A DNA stretch of 64,000 nucleotides from an uncultured Bacillota bacterium (GTDB taxonomy: Bacteria > Sysuimicrobiota > Sysuimicrobiia > Sysuimicrobiales > Segetimicrobiaceae), in the NCBI GenBank assembly GCA_963804645.1, contig CAWDRG010000017.1, forward strand, positions 224,001-288,000, written 5' to 3'. The notes below the pieces were generated by a model. The model did no database searches and was not told the origin of the DNA. It saw only the letters and a list, made by a program, of their open reading frames with translations. Shown piece after piece: positions 1 through 9,043 of this stretch. Within the stretch, counting starts at the first letter, position 1. Each line of letters begins with the position of its first letter. The position numbers and the translations under genes were made by a program.

Positions 1-64
1 CGAACTCCGACACACGATATCCTGTCCGCGGCTCCCAGGCCGCCTCAACCGCAAGCCCTTTCAT
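1..64 (-). CDS. 5' end of a probable Zn-dependent scyllo-inosose 3-dehydrogenase (IolM-like); runs off the window edge
   Basis: ATG at 64 after a GAAGG/GGGGAG Shine-Dalgarno-like stretch. Translates MKGLAVEAAWEPRTGYRVSEF, resembling IolM N-termini, and lies directly downstream of the iolN-like gene. Confidence 0.5.
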   Translation of the reverse strand, partial: MKGLAVEAAWEPRTGYRVSEF

Positions 65-138
65 CGTCTCCCCACCTTCCTTCGTCGCGTCCGTCGCGTC
101 GGCCCGAGCGCTCCGCGCGACGCGTACCGCGGGTTCCC

Positions 139-1245
139 CTAGCGCTGTCCCAGCATGGGCAGCGCGTAGACCGGCTTCCACCCCGGGCTCAGGGGCTCTT
201 TCAAGAACGGCTCCAGCTCTTTGGGATCCCGGAAGCTGATCTGGTCGATCGGCGGCAGCTTTCCGGGCGGGAACGCCGCAAGGATCTCGTCCTGCACCAG
301 CGTCAGATAGCGGAGGATCGCCGCGAGCGGCCGCTTGGCCTTGCGGGCCTCCCCGTGCGTGGCGAGCCCGACGACGCCCTCGGGCGTGCCGGCGATCTCG
401 ATCGCGGCGTGGCCCTCCCCCTCGCTCCACCGGTGCGGCCGGCGGTACGCGTCGACGGACGTGTCGAAGTGTCCGCCGGGGAGGAACGACACCGACTGCG
501 TGTCGACCGCGTAGGCCATGTCCACCATGTTCGGCGTCAGATAAAGCGACAGCGAGGTCTCCGACTCGTCCGCGTGGACGAACGGCGTGTCGAAAATGCC
601 TCCCTGCTCCTTCGTCCGGAAGAACTCCCGGACGCCCCGGTGCCAGTCCAGCACCCGAAAGATGCCGGGCAGCTGGTACCGCTTGCAGAACTCCTGCACG
701 GCCGACTCCAGCACCCACAGCATGCCGTGGTTGTTGATCATGATCTGCTTGCGGAACCCGTCGTTCCAGAGCCCGAGCATCACGTCGATCAGCAGCTCGC
801 GCACGACCTCTTCCCGAACGATCACGGTCCCCGGCATCCCGAGGTGGTGGTACGGGTGGCCGCCGTAGTTGAGCGGAGGCAGCGCGAGCGCGACGGGCGC
901 GCCGCGCTTCTCCGTGTACCGGCGCACGCCCTCGCAGATCATGCTGCAGTACAAGGTGTCCGCCGCGCTCACCATGTGCCTGCCGTGGTTCTCGGTGCAC
1001 CCCAGCGGAATCAGGACGACGTCGTTCTTCCGGCGATTCGCCTCCAGCCGATGGCGCACCGTCGTCTGAATGTACGCGCCGGGCGTCGCCCACTCGCACG
1101 ATGAGGGGGGCATGCCGTACTCCGCCAGAATCGCATCGATTTCAGCGTCCGTCGCGTCCCAGATCTCCCGCTTGGCCCGTCCCACCGCGTTGTCTTCGAA
1201 CAGCGGGTCCGTTGGATACTGGCGTGTCCCCTTCGGCGTCGGCAT
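139..1245 (-). CDS. iolN: Creatininase-family protein, probable 3-dehydro-scyllo-inosose hydrolase
   Basis: Creatininase motifs IPLGCTENHG..D, NNHG and HADESETS, plus an extended N-terminus (FEDNAVGRAKREIW) typical of IolN. GGAGGA RBS precedes ATG 1245. Confidence 0.7.
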   Translation of the reverse strand: MPTPKGTRQYPTDPLFEDNAVGRAKREIWDATDAEIDAILAEYGMPPSSCEWATPGAYIQTTVRHRLEANRRKNDVVLIPLGCTENHGRHMVSAADTLYCSMICEGVRRYTEKRGAPVALALPPLNYGGHPYHHLGMPGTVIVREEVVRELLIDVMLGLWNDGFRKQIMINNHGMLWVLESAVQEFCKRYQLPGIFRVLDWHRGVREFFRTKEQGGIFDTPFVHADESETSLSLYLTPNMVDMAYAVDTQSVSFLPGGHFDTSVDAYRRPHRWSEGEGHAAIEIAGTPEGVVGLATHGEARKAKRPLAAILRYLTLVQDEILAAFPPGKLPPIDQISFRDPKELEPFLKEPLSPGWKPVYALPMLGQR

Positions 1246-1278
1246 CGTCGTCGTTCCTCCCATGTGAGTATCGTCTCC

Positions 1279-1288
1279 GAACCGGTTC
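1279..1288. promoter_or_regulatory. LacI-type operator-like palindrome GAACCGGTTC upstream of iolN
   Basis: Perfect 10-bp palindrome with a central CG, just upstream of a GATACT -10-like hexamer (1272-1267, minus strand). Confidence 0.4.
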
Positions 1289-1462
1289 ACTCCGAACTCC
1301 AGCACCGGGCCGGCGGCACACACGCCGCGGCGCCTGCAAACACGAAGCGCGTCGGGCGCGGCACTCCTCCGCGTCCCGACCGCGCGTCTGCGTTCTTCCC
1401 TTCGTCGAGCCGCCGGAGGTTCCTGGTCGCGGCCCGCGCCGAAGGGCGCGCCGGCTCGGCCG

Positions 1463-2020
1463 CTAGGGCGTCCGCTGGACCACGTGAAACGTCCCGATGA
1501 TCTGCGTGATCACCGGGAAATCGTCGTGCACGTGCTGCGCGTCCTTCAGCGTGGACCCCGTCACGATCCATCCGACCAGCCCTTCCGTAAAGTACACCTG
1601 CACGCCATAGAGCGCCGGGCGATTTTGGGGCGTCCACGTGAAATAGACGAAATGCGCCGGGCGCCCGGCGACGGTCGCGTCGCCTTCCTGCATCAGCGTG
1701 TAGCCGGGGAAATAGCCCCGCCGGTAGCCCGACAAGTCCTGCGCAAACTTTGTCGGGGACGCGGCGTTGATCAGGCTGTTCGTCTGAACGGTGACCGTCG
1801 GGGCGAAACCCGCGCGCTGCGGCCCCTCCACTACGATCAGCAAGCCGGGATCCTGCGGCCCCCGCGCAAACGGCGGACGCCAGTCCGGGGGAATGGTGAT
1901 CATGTACCGGCCGTGCGGATCGGTCACGACCTGGTCTTGGGCGGGGACGGCCGCGGACGCGGCCGCCGCCATCCACAGCGCGACTCCGCACACCGCGATT
2001 GTGACCACCCGCGCCCTCAT
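1463..2020 (-). CDS. Exported PsbP/DcrB-like protein
   Basis: Signal peptide ending ASA-A, the pattern DPHGRYMITIPPDW...TVAGRPA, and a C-terminal 'IIGTFH' typical of the PsbP/Mog1 fold. Confidence 0.6.
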   Translation of the reverse strand: MRARVVTIAVCGVALWMAAAASAAVPAQDQVVTDPHGRYMITIPPDWRPPFARGPQDPGLLIVVEGPQRAGFAPTVTVQTNSLINAASPTKFAQDLSGYRRGYFPGYTLMQEGDATVAGRPAHFVYFTWTPQNRPALYGVQVYFTEGLVGWIVTGSTLKDAQHVHDDFPVITQIIGTFHVVQRTP

Positions 2021-2117
2021 GCACGCTCCCCCGTTTCCCGAGTCCGGCGGCGCCGTCACCCGATCACACGCCGGACGGGCGGCGCGGCGAACGGCCGCGA
2101 CGCCGCGTGCGAGCGAA

Positions 2118-2457
2118 CTGGGAGCAGGCCTATAAGCCGGGTTCTGTCGCGTGCGGCCATCTCTCTGGGACGCCGGTTGCCCGGCGCCTCTAGCAGTCTA
2201 CCCGGGGATCGGCGGGCCGCCTCATCTCCCCCTACGTGACCTTGCTCCGGGTGGGGTTTGCCTAGCCGGCCGGTCGCCCGGCCGCTGGTGCGCTCTTACC
2301 GCACCGTTGCACCCTTACCTCCGCGAGGAGGCGGTATGTTTCTGTGGCACTATCCTCGGGGTCACCCCCACTGGGTGTTACCCAGCACCCTGCCCTATGG
2401 AGCCCGGACTTTCCTCGAGCGCGGAACCGCGCCCGCGGCCGCCCGGCCTGCTCCCAG
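2118..2457 (-). ncRNA. rnpB: RNase P RNA, bacterial type A
   Basis: Minus strand carries GAGGAAAGTCCGGGCTCC, AGTGCCACAGAAA and the 3' ACAGAACCCGGCTTAT signature. P1 pairs CTGGGAGCAGG/CCTGCTCCCAG (2457-2447 with 2128-2118). Confidence 0.97.
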
Positions 2458-2460
2458 ATC

Positions 2461-2489
2461 ATGCTAACACGGCCGCCACTCGCGTTCAA
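2461..2489 (-). promoter_or_regulatory. Sigma70-type promoter of rnpB
   Basis: TTGAAC (2489-2484), 17-bp spacer, TG-extended TAGCAT (2466-2461) immediately before the RNA 5' end. Confidence 0.75.
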
Positions 2490-2592
2490 CGCCGCCCGCA
2501 GGCGGGCACGGCGCCGGCCTCTAACCATGCCCGCGGCCGGCATCGCCGGCCGACGCGGAGGTCGCCACCCGCGATCAGAGGAGGGACACACC

Positions 2593-2976
2593 ATGGGACG
2601 CGAGAGCGTGACGGTGACGGGAGTCCACAAGACGACGGGATATTCACACGCCGCCAAGGCGGGCCAGCTGGTCTTTGCGGCCGGACAAGTCGCCCAGGAT
2701 CGGGACGGCAATCTCGTCGGCCGCGGCGACATCGAGGCGCAGGCGGTGCAGGTATTTGAAAATCTTCAAGCCGTGCTCCACGCCGCCGGCGCGACGCTGA
2801 ACGATGTGGTGAAGCTGACCACGTACACGACGAACATCGCGTACCGCGCCAAGATCGCCGAGGTGCGCGCCCGCTACTTCACCTCGTACTTTCCCCCCAA
2901 CACCTTCATCGTCGTCGCCAGTCTCGCCACGCCGGACTACCTGCTGGAGATCGAGGCGGTCGCCGCGTGCCCCTGA
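2593..2976 (+). CDS. Rid (YjgF/YER057c/UK114) family protein
   Basis: GYSHAAKAGQLVFAAGQV, QAVQVFENL, DVVKLTTY and LLEIEAVA motifs; GAGGGA RBS. Has PPNT where RidA has the catalytic-Arg PAR motif. Confidence 0.9.
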   Translation: MGRESVTVTGVHKTTGYSHAAKAGQLVFAAGQVAQDRDGNLVGRGDIEAQAVQVFENLQAVLHAAGATLNDVVKLTTYTTNIAYRAKIAEVRARYFTSYFPPNTFIVVASLATPDYLLEIEAVAACP

Positions 2977-3009
2977 GCGCGCGCCGCGCGGGCCGTCGGG
3001 GCCGCCGCC

Positions 3010-3996
3010 TTAGACCACCAGCTCTTCCTCGCCCCGGACCACGGTGATCTCGCCCGACTCCTCGAGCGCGCGGACGACCGCCACGATCGACCGCCGCGCG
3101 TTCTCCACGTCGCGGACGCGCGTCGCGCCCATCAGCTCCATCTCTTCCTTCACGACCTCCTGGGCGCGCTGGCTCAGGTTCTGCAGCATCTTGTCGCGGA
3201 TGTCCTCCTGCGCGCCCTTCAGCGCGGTGGCCACCACCTTGTGCTCTACGTCCCGCAGCACGCGCTGCAGCGTCGCGTCGCTCAGCATCAGCAGGTCGTC
3301 GAAGACGAAGAGCAGCGCCTTGACCTCCTCCACCAGCGCGGGGTCCCGCTTCTCCAGCTCACCGAGGATGGCCCGCTCCGAGTCGCGGTCGACGCGGGTG
3401 ATGATGTCGACCAGGGTCTTCACCCCGCCGGCCGGTTCCGCGGTCACCGGCATCACGACGACGATCTTCTTCTCGAGCGCGTGCTCGACGCGGCGCAGTA
3501 GCTCGGGGCTCACCGGCTGCGTCCGCGCGATCCGGTGGGCGAGGTCTGCCTTGACCGCCACCGACATGGCCTGCAGCGCCTTGCCGGCGACGTCGCTCGG
3601 GAGGTAGGACAGCGCCAGCGCCGCGGCCTGCGGATGCTCGTCCTGCAGCACGCGCGCGATCTGCTCGGGCCGCGCCCGCCGCATCCGGTCGAACATCGCG
3701 CTCTGCTTCGGCATCAGCTGCGCCAGCATGTCCTCGGCGCGCTGCGTCCCGACGGCGCCCTGCAGCAGCTCGCGGTAGTACGACATCCCGCCGCTCCCGC
3801 CTATCACCGTGGACTTCCCAAACTCCTTCAGGACCGCCTCCCGCTCCACGCCGGGCGCGTCGCCGGCCGCCATCATCTCCGCGAGGAGCGGCGCGACGTC
3901 GTCCTCGTTGAGGTACTTGAGGACCTGCGCCGCCACGTCGCTCGGCAGCATCAACATGAAGATCGCCGCTTTGCGTCTGCCGGAGGGTTCAGACAT
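3010..3996 (-). CDS. fliG: Flagellar motor switch protein FliG
   Basis: GRRKAAIFML N-terminus, EHPQ motif, GG linker, LFVFDDL (MFxF) and the torque helix NLSQRAQEVVKEE; GGGAG RBS. Confidence 0.92.
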   Translation of the reverse strand: MSEPSGRRKAAIFMLMLPSDVAAQVLKYLNEDDVAPLLAEMMAAGDAPGVEREAVLKEFGKSTVIGGSGGMSYYRELLQGAVGTQRAEDMLAQLMPKQSAMFDRMRRARPEQIARVLQDEHPQAAALALSYLPSDVAGKALQAMSVAVKADLAHRIARTQPVSPELLRRVEHALEKKIVVVMPVTAEPAGGVKTLVDIITRVDRDSERAILGELEKRDPALVEEVKALLFVFDDLLMLSDATLQRVLRDVEHKVVATALKGAQEDIRDKMLQNLSQRAQEVVKEEMELMGATRVRDVENARRSIVAVVRALEESGEITVVRGEEELVV

Positions 3997-4227
3997 TTGT
4001 GTCTCCCTGTCCGCCGGACCGCCCGCGGACGTCGGTGGGCGCGGCCGCCCCGGGGCCGTGGGGCCGGAATCCCGGGCGGCTGCCGATGGCGTGAGGGGTC
4101 GCGTATCGCTCCATGCAGCCACAGCGTACGCGCTGTGGGGCGGGGCTCGCAATGGGACTTTCAGGGGACGCGATCCGCGTAGGCGGAACGACCTACGCCG
4201 GGAGAACCGACCGCGGCGCGGCCGGCG

Positions 4228-5325
4228 CTACTGAGGGCGCCCGTCCGCGCGGGCCGGCAGCGTGAACCGGATCACAGTTCCGCGGCCGGGGACGCTCTCG
4301 GCGGAGATCTCGCCGCCGTGCGCCCGGACGAGGCCGCGGGCGATCGCGAGGCCGAGGCCCGTTCCGCGAGACTCCGGCGTTTTGTAAAAACGGTCGAACA
4401 CGTGTGGGAGGTCGGCCGCCGCGATCCCCCGCCCCGTATCCTCGACCGACACCGCGACGCCGCCGTCCGCCGGATCGCACCGCACGAACACCGTTCCGCC
4501 TCCCGGCGTGTAGCGCAGCGCGTTCGCCAGCAGGTTGCGCAGCACTTGGCGGATGCGCTCCGGGTCGATCTCGACCGCGGGCACGCCCGACGCCGCCTCC
4601 TCGATGAGCGTGACCCCGGCGTCCGCCGCCTGGCCACGGAAGGAATCGACCACCTCGCGGACGAGCGACGGCATGTCCGTCGGGGTGCGTTCCAACCGCA
4701 ACTCGAGGCTCTCGCTCAGCGTCAGCGTGCGCAGGTCTTCGACGAGGCGCGTCAGGACCTGCGTCTCCTCGAGCGCCACCCGTACATGCGCGGGGTCCCG
4801 GGGATAGACGCCGTCGAGCATGCCTTCGAGCTGTCCCTGCAGGATCGAGAGGGGGGTGCGCAGCTCGTGCGAGATATCGGTCAGCAGCGCGCGGCGCTGC
4901 GCGTCCTGCCGCTCGAGCCGCTCAGCCATCGTGTTGAACGCGCGCACCAGGCTGCGGACCTCGGCCGATCCACGCTCGCGGGCGCGGGCCGCGTAATCTC
5001 CGTCCGCGACGCGGCCGAGCGCCTGAATCAGGTCGGCGATCGGGACGGCGAGGCGGCTGAATGCCCGGTACGCCATCAGCGCGACCGCGACGGCGAGCGC
5101 GCCCATGACCGCTGAAAGATGTCGGACAGGCACGACCGACACGGCGGCAACCGCGAGGATCACAACCGCGGCGAGGAAGGCGAGCGCGCGCCAGAGGAAG
5201 TGGCGCCGCGCGCGCCGCCAGACACGGGGGCCGGGCGGCCCGACCGGCGGCCAGGGTTCGTCGTCCGGCCACCACCGCGGGCGCCCGCGGCGCCAGGGGC
5301 CAGTCCCGCAGCCGGCCGGGCTCAT
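4228..5325 (-). CDS. HAMP-domain sensor histidine kinase (BaeS-like)
   Basis: Two closely spaced TM segments, HAMP domain, H-box DISHELRTP, N-box NLLANALRY, DTGRG and GTGLGLAI boxes. Confidence 0.93.
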   Translation of the reverse strand: MSPAGCGTGPWRRGRPRWWPDDEPWPPVGPPGPRVWRRARRHFLWRALAFLAAVVILAVAAVSVVPVRHLSAVMGALAVAVALMAYRAFSRLAVPIADLIQALGRVADGDYAARARERGSAEVRSLVRAFNTMAERLERQDAQRRALLTDISHELRTPLSILQGQLEGMLDGVYPRDPAHVRVALEETQVLTRLVEDLRTLTLSESLELRLERTPTDMPSLVREVVDSFRGQAADAGVTLIEEAASGVPAVEIDPERIRQVLRNLLANALRYTPGGGTVFVRCDPADGGVAVSVEDTGRGIAAADLPHVFDRFYKTPESRGTGLGLAIARGLVRAHGGEISAESVPGRGTVIRFTLPARADGRPQ

Positions 5326-6009
5326 ACGTCCGCGAGCTTGTAGCCGATGCCGTGCACCGCGAGCACGTAGCGCGGCGCGTGCGGCTCGGGCTCGAGCTTG
5401 CGGCGGATGTTCTTGATGTGCGAGTCGATCGCGCGCTCGTAGGATTCGAGGGCGACGCCGCGCACCGCCTCCAGCAGCTGTCCGCGGGTGAACACGCGCC
5501 CCGGCTGCCGCGCGAGCACGGCGAGCAGTTCAAACTCCGTCGGGGTGAGCGCGAGCACGCGTCCGGCGAGGGTCGCCTGCATCCGCGGCACGTCGAGCGT
5601 GAGGTCGCCCGCGCGGACGAGCTCCGTGCCGGCGCGCGCGCCGTCCCACCGCCGCAGGACGGCGCGCACGCGCGCCACCAGCTCCTTTGGGCTGAACGGC
5701 TTGACGATGTAATCGTCCGCGCCGAGCTCGAGGCCGACCAGACGGTCGGCCTCGTCGGCCCGCGCGGTCAACATGATGATCGGCACCTCGGACTCCCGCC
5801 GGAGCGTGCGCGCGACGTCGAGCCCGTCCATCTCTGGCAGCGCGAGATCCAGCACGACGAGATCGGGCCGCGCGGCCCGGGCCGCGGCGAGCGCCGCCGG
5901 GCCGTCCCCGGCGGTCGAGCACGCGGAATCCCGCGCGCGCGAGGTAGTCGCGCGCGATCTCGACAATCCTGGGCTCGTCGTCGACGACGAGGACCGTCCG
6001 GGCTCCCAC
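5322..6009 (-). CDS. OmpR-family response regulator with a one-base frameshift near 5915
   Basis: N-terminus VLVVDDEPRIVEIARDYL lies in one frame; TAGDG..PDLVVLDL, KPFSPKEL and the winged helix lie in another. Removing one base at CTC-G-ACC restores VLTAGDG. Confidence 0.88.
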
Positions 6010-6011
6010 CG

Positions 6012-6389
6012 CTACACCGTGCCGGTGCTCCCGGTCGATTCGTGCGCGCGGCGGTGCCATTCTTCCAGCCACCGCGGCCCGCCGCCGCGCGGCCCGCACG
6101 ACCCGCCCCACCGCATCGACCGCCGCAGCAGCGCGACGACCAGCACGATCAGCAGGATCGGCCAGACCAGGCCGACGATCCCGAAGCCGAACGGTCCGTG
6201 CCACGGCGCCGCGTACGGATACCCTGGATACGCCCCGTACGGATAGACCGGCGCCGCCCCCGTGCCGGACCGGGTCGCCACGCTCGCGACGCCCTGCGCC
6301 ACCCCGAGATTGTACGCGTAGTTGGCGATGCCGGACACGCCCGCCGCCACGGCCAAGACGATCACAATCCCCACCACCACCCGTCTCAT
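6012..6389 (-). CDS. Small two-TM membrane protein, first gene of the two-component operon
   Basis: GGAGG RBS, two hydrophobic segments and a C-terminal EEWHRRAH; ends 2 bp before the regulator start. Confidence 0.75.
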   Translation of the reverse strand: MRRVVVGIVIVLAVAAGVSGIANYAYNLGVAQGVASVATRSGTGAAPVYPYGAYPGYPYAAPWHGPFGFGIVGLVWPILLIVLVVALLRRSMRWGGSCGPRGGGPRWLEEWHRRAHESTGSTGTV

Positions 6390-6437
6390 CCTCGTACCTC
6401 CTCTCAACGTTCCCGCAGGTCCAGGATGACGGGGACA

Positions 6438-6487
6438 CGTGGAGCCGTGATAGAGCAGTTGTGGAGAGAGTGTGGAGGGATGTGGAG
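6438..6487 (-). promoter_or_regulatory. Phased direct repeats (T/C)GTGGAG, putative OmpR-family binding sites
   Basis: Copies at 6438, 6460, 6471 and 6481 (spacings 22, 11, 10 bp) upstream of the two-component operon. Confidence 0.6.
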
Positions 6488-6534
6488 CGGGCCGCCCCGA
6501 GCGGCGCCGCCGGGAGCCGTGCGGCGCGCGGAGG

Positions 6535-6969
6535 TTAGCGCCCCTTCGCGCCCGCCGAGGCGATCTCGTCGAGCGCCCGATTCGCGAGGGCATCGGCCGC
6601 GCGATTCTGCTCGCGCGGCACATGGACGACCGAGACCTCGTCGAACTCGCGCCGCCGCGCGAGCGCCATGCGGTGGAGCGGCAGCAGCTGGGGGCTGCGC
6701 ACCTTGTACTGCCCGGACAGCTGGCGCACGAGCAGCTCGCTGTCGCTCTGCACGCGCACGCGCCGCGCTCCGAGCGCCGCCGCTTCCTCGAGCGCCCGCA
6801 GGAACGCCCGGTACTCGGCCACGTTGTTCGTCGTCACCCCGATGGCCTCGGCGATCTCGCGGACCGGGTGGCCGTCCCGCGTCACCGCGACGCCGATCGC
6901 CGCCGGCCCGGGGTTGCCGCGGGACGCCCCGTCGATGGAGACCACGACCGGGCCGGATCCTGCCGTCAC
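6535..6969 (-). CDS. rnhA: Ribonuclease HI family protein
   Basis: IDGASRGNPG, TNNVAEY, SDSELLVRQ and HVPREQNRAADALAN. GTG start overlaps the upstream stop. Confidence 0.9.
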   Translation of the reverse strand: MTAGSGPVVVSIDGASRGNPGPAAIGVAVTRDGHPVREIAEAIGVTTNNVAEYRAFLRALEEAAALGARRVRVQSDSELLVRQLSGQYKVRSPQLLPLHRMALARRREFDEVSVVHVPREQNRAADALANRALDEIASAGAKGR

Positions 6970-7694
6970 GGCGTGCCGCCGACATAGATGATGCGGTGGC
7001 AGCGCTCGCACGTCACGACCTGTCCGCCGCGGATGCGCGACACGAAGTGGGCGGGCACCTCGTTGCCGCAGCCGCCGCAGAAGACCCCGAGCATCGCGAC
7101 CATGCCGATCCCGCCTTCCTGGGCGGCGATCCCCTCGTACTTGCGCAGGAGCCGCGGCTCCACGGCGACCGCCCGCTCGGCGCGCTCGGCTTCCAGGCGC
7201 TCCACCTCGGCGGTGAGGCGGTCGCGCGCCGCCTCGTACTGCGCGAGGTGCGCCCCGAGCTCGGCGTCCAATCCGGCGAGGACCGCCCGGGCGTCGGCGT
7301 CGCGCTGCTTGAGCCCCTCGACCTGGTCGAACAGCGCGAGGATCTGGTCCTCGAGATGGTCGCGCGTCTTCGCGAACACGACCAGCTCCTCTTCGAGATT
7401 CGCGAGCTCCTTGGGATTCGAGACCCGTCCGCCGTACAGATCGCCGTGGGCCTTCTTCTGCTTCCCTTCGATCGTCTGCAGCTGCAGCTCGTGATCGCGC
7501 TGCGCCGCCTGGGCCTGATGGAGCGCCGCGCCCACTTCGGCGGCGGCCGCGCGCGCCGCGTCGACCTGGGCGCGCAGCGCGCTCCCGTCATCGAGCGCCG
7601 CCAGCCGCGCCCGGGCGTCCAGCAGCCGGGCGTCGACCTGCTGCACCGCCCACAGCCCGTCGAGCGCGGCGCCGATGCTCGGCTCGATGCTCAC
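6966..7694 (-). CDS. Coiled-coil C4-type zinc-ribbon protein (CT398/HP0958-like)
   Basis: Long coiled coil followed by CGGC...CERC. Confidence 0.88.
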   Translation of the reverse strand: MSIEPSIGAALDGLWAVQQVDARLLDARARLAALDDGSALRAQVDAARAAAAEVGAALHQAQAAQRDHELQLQTIEGKQKKAHGDLYGGRVSNPKELANLEEELVVFAKTRDHLEDQILALFDQVEGLKQRDADARAVLAGLDAELGAHLAQYEAARDRLTAEVERLEAERAERAVAVEPRLLRKYEGIAAQEGGIGMVAMLGVFCGGCGNEVPAHFVSRIRGGQVVTCERCHRIIYVGGTP

Positions 7695-8924
7695 GGCAGC
7701 CTCATCTCGTACAGGCCGTGGCGCTGGTCGTCGGTTTCGGCGACGAACGCCACCCGCCCGCCGGCGTTCAGCGTGGGCGTACTGAACGCGGTAAACTGCC
7801 CGCCCCCAGGCGCGTGGTCACCCGCCTGCAGCAAGAGGCGCACGCCCGCGCGGTTCGCGAGATAGATCGCCACCGGGACGATCGGCAGGCTGAGTTGAAA
7901 CATCACATCCTCGCGGTCGTCGATCGCCGCGTCGGCAAACTTCGTCAGCGCGCCGCCCGCGGCGTCCTCCCCCGCGGCGGCGAGGGGCACAAGCGCCGCC
8001 CGGCCGGTGACGTACAGGGCCTCGGGCACTTTGCTGTCGCTCGTGCGGCCGATGAACCCCACCGTCCCGCTGTTGGTGAGCACGACCGAGCCGAACTCGG
8101 TGAACCGTCCGCCGAGCGGCGCCTCGTCCTGCGTGGTGACGATAGGGACCGGCTGACCGTCGACGAACACGTACACGCCCTGCGTGTGTCCCACGGTCGT
8201 CGACGCGACAAACGCCATCTGGCCGCGGTCGTTCAGCGCCGGAGAGCCGTCGAGGAAGAAATCGAAGGCGCCGCCGTCCGGCGACGCCTGGCCCGACATC
8301 AGGACGGCCGACGTGCGGCCGCCGCTCGACGTGAAGATGCCCTCCCGCCCGGCCAAGCGCCCGATGAACGCGATCACGCCCTGGTTGTTGACCGTGGGAT
8401 TCGCGAAGTCCGTGAAGACGCCGCCGGTCGACGTCGGCGCCGGCTGTCCGACCGCGACGATCGGCACCACGGTCCCGCCGCGAACGAGGTAAATCCCCTC
8501 GGGGGAGCCGCGCCCGACGTTCCGCGACATCCAGCCGACGATCCCATGATCGTTCAACAGCAGATCGCTGTAGGAGCCGAAGGTGCCGCCGGTGGGCGCG
8601 GCCTGCCCCGTCGAGACCAGCGGTGTCACCTTGCCGGTGGCCGCGGTCCGCAGGTAGAGCGTCTCACGGATGCGCGCTCCAGTCTGCACGACCGCGCCGA
8701 AGATGACGATCCCCGAGCCCGTTGTTGGTCGGATCGGAGAATTCGGTAATCGTCCCGCCGTCCGGGGCCTGCTGGCCGGTCCGCAGCAGCAGGCGAAAGC
8801 CGAGGGGCGGACCGGAGGCCGGGCGGGGCGCACCGGGGACGGCCGCCAAGACGGGCGCAACGCGGCCCGCCGCGAGCGCGGCGGCACACACACCGAACAG
8901 GAGGGAGCGACGCGTGCAGGTCAT
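7691..8924 (-). CDS. Tat-exported NxxGxxAF tandem-repeat (probable beta-propeller) protein, frameshifted near 8712
   Basis: TRRSLL twin-arginine signal in ORF 8664-8924. Repeats NDHGIVGW, NNQGVIAF, NDRGQMAF, NSGTVGF and NAGGRVAF in ORF 7691-8893. The frames join at GGGGATC. Confidence 0.75.
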
Positions 8925-8933
8925 CTGCTTCCT

Positions 8934-8962
8934 ATCCTAATGCTCCACCGGGCGGTTGCCAA
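8934..8962 (-). promoter_or_regulatory. Putative sigma70-type promoter of the repeat protein gene (near-leaderless)
   Basis: TTGGCA (8962-8957), 17-bp spacer, TAGGAT (8939-8934); the ATG lies 9 nt further on. Confidence 0.4.
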
Positions 8963-9043
8963 GACCCGCGCGCAATATTGTGCGCGCGCGCGCAGGCGCC
9001 CGGACGCCCGGCGCGAATTCCTCCGTGGGAAAGGAGCGCGTCC

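Noticed and set aside
2151..2759. ORFs overlapping rnpB
   Set aside because: The region is explained by the RNase P RNA and its promoter.
4119..4198. Hairpins upstream of fliG as a riboswitch or terminator
   Set aside because: Short GC-rich stems with no U tract and no recognisable aptamer motif.
5352..7865. Long antisense or alternative-frame ORFs (e.g. 5352-7865, 24484-26316, 33708-35546, 38542-40878)
   Set aside because: These are Arg/Pro/Ala-rich shadow ORFs expected at high GC, overlapping well-supported genes.
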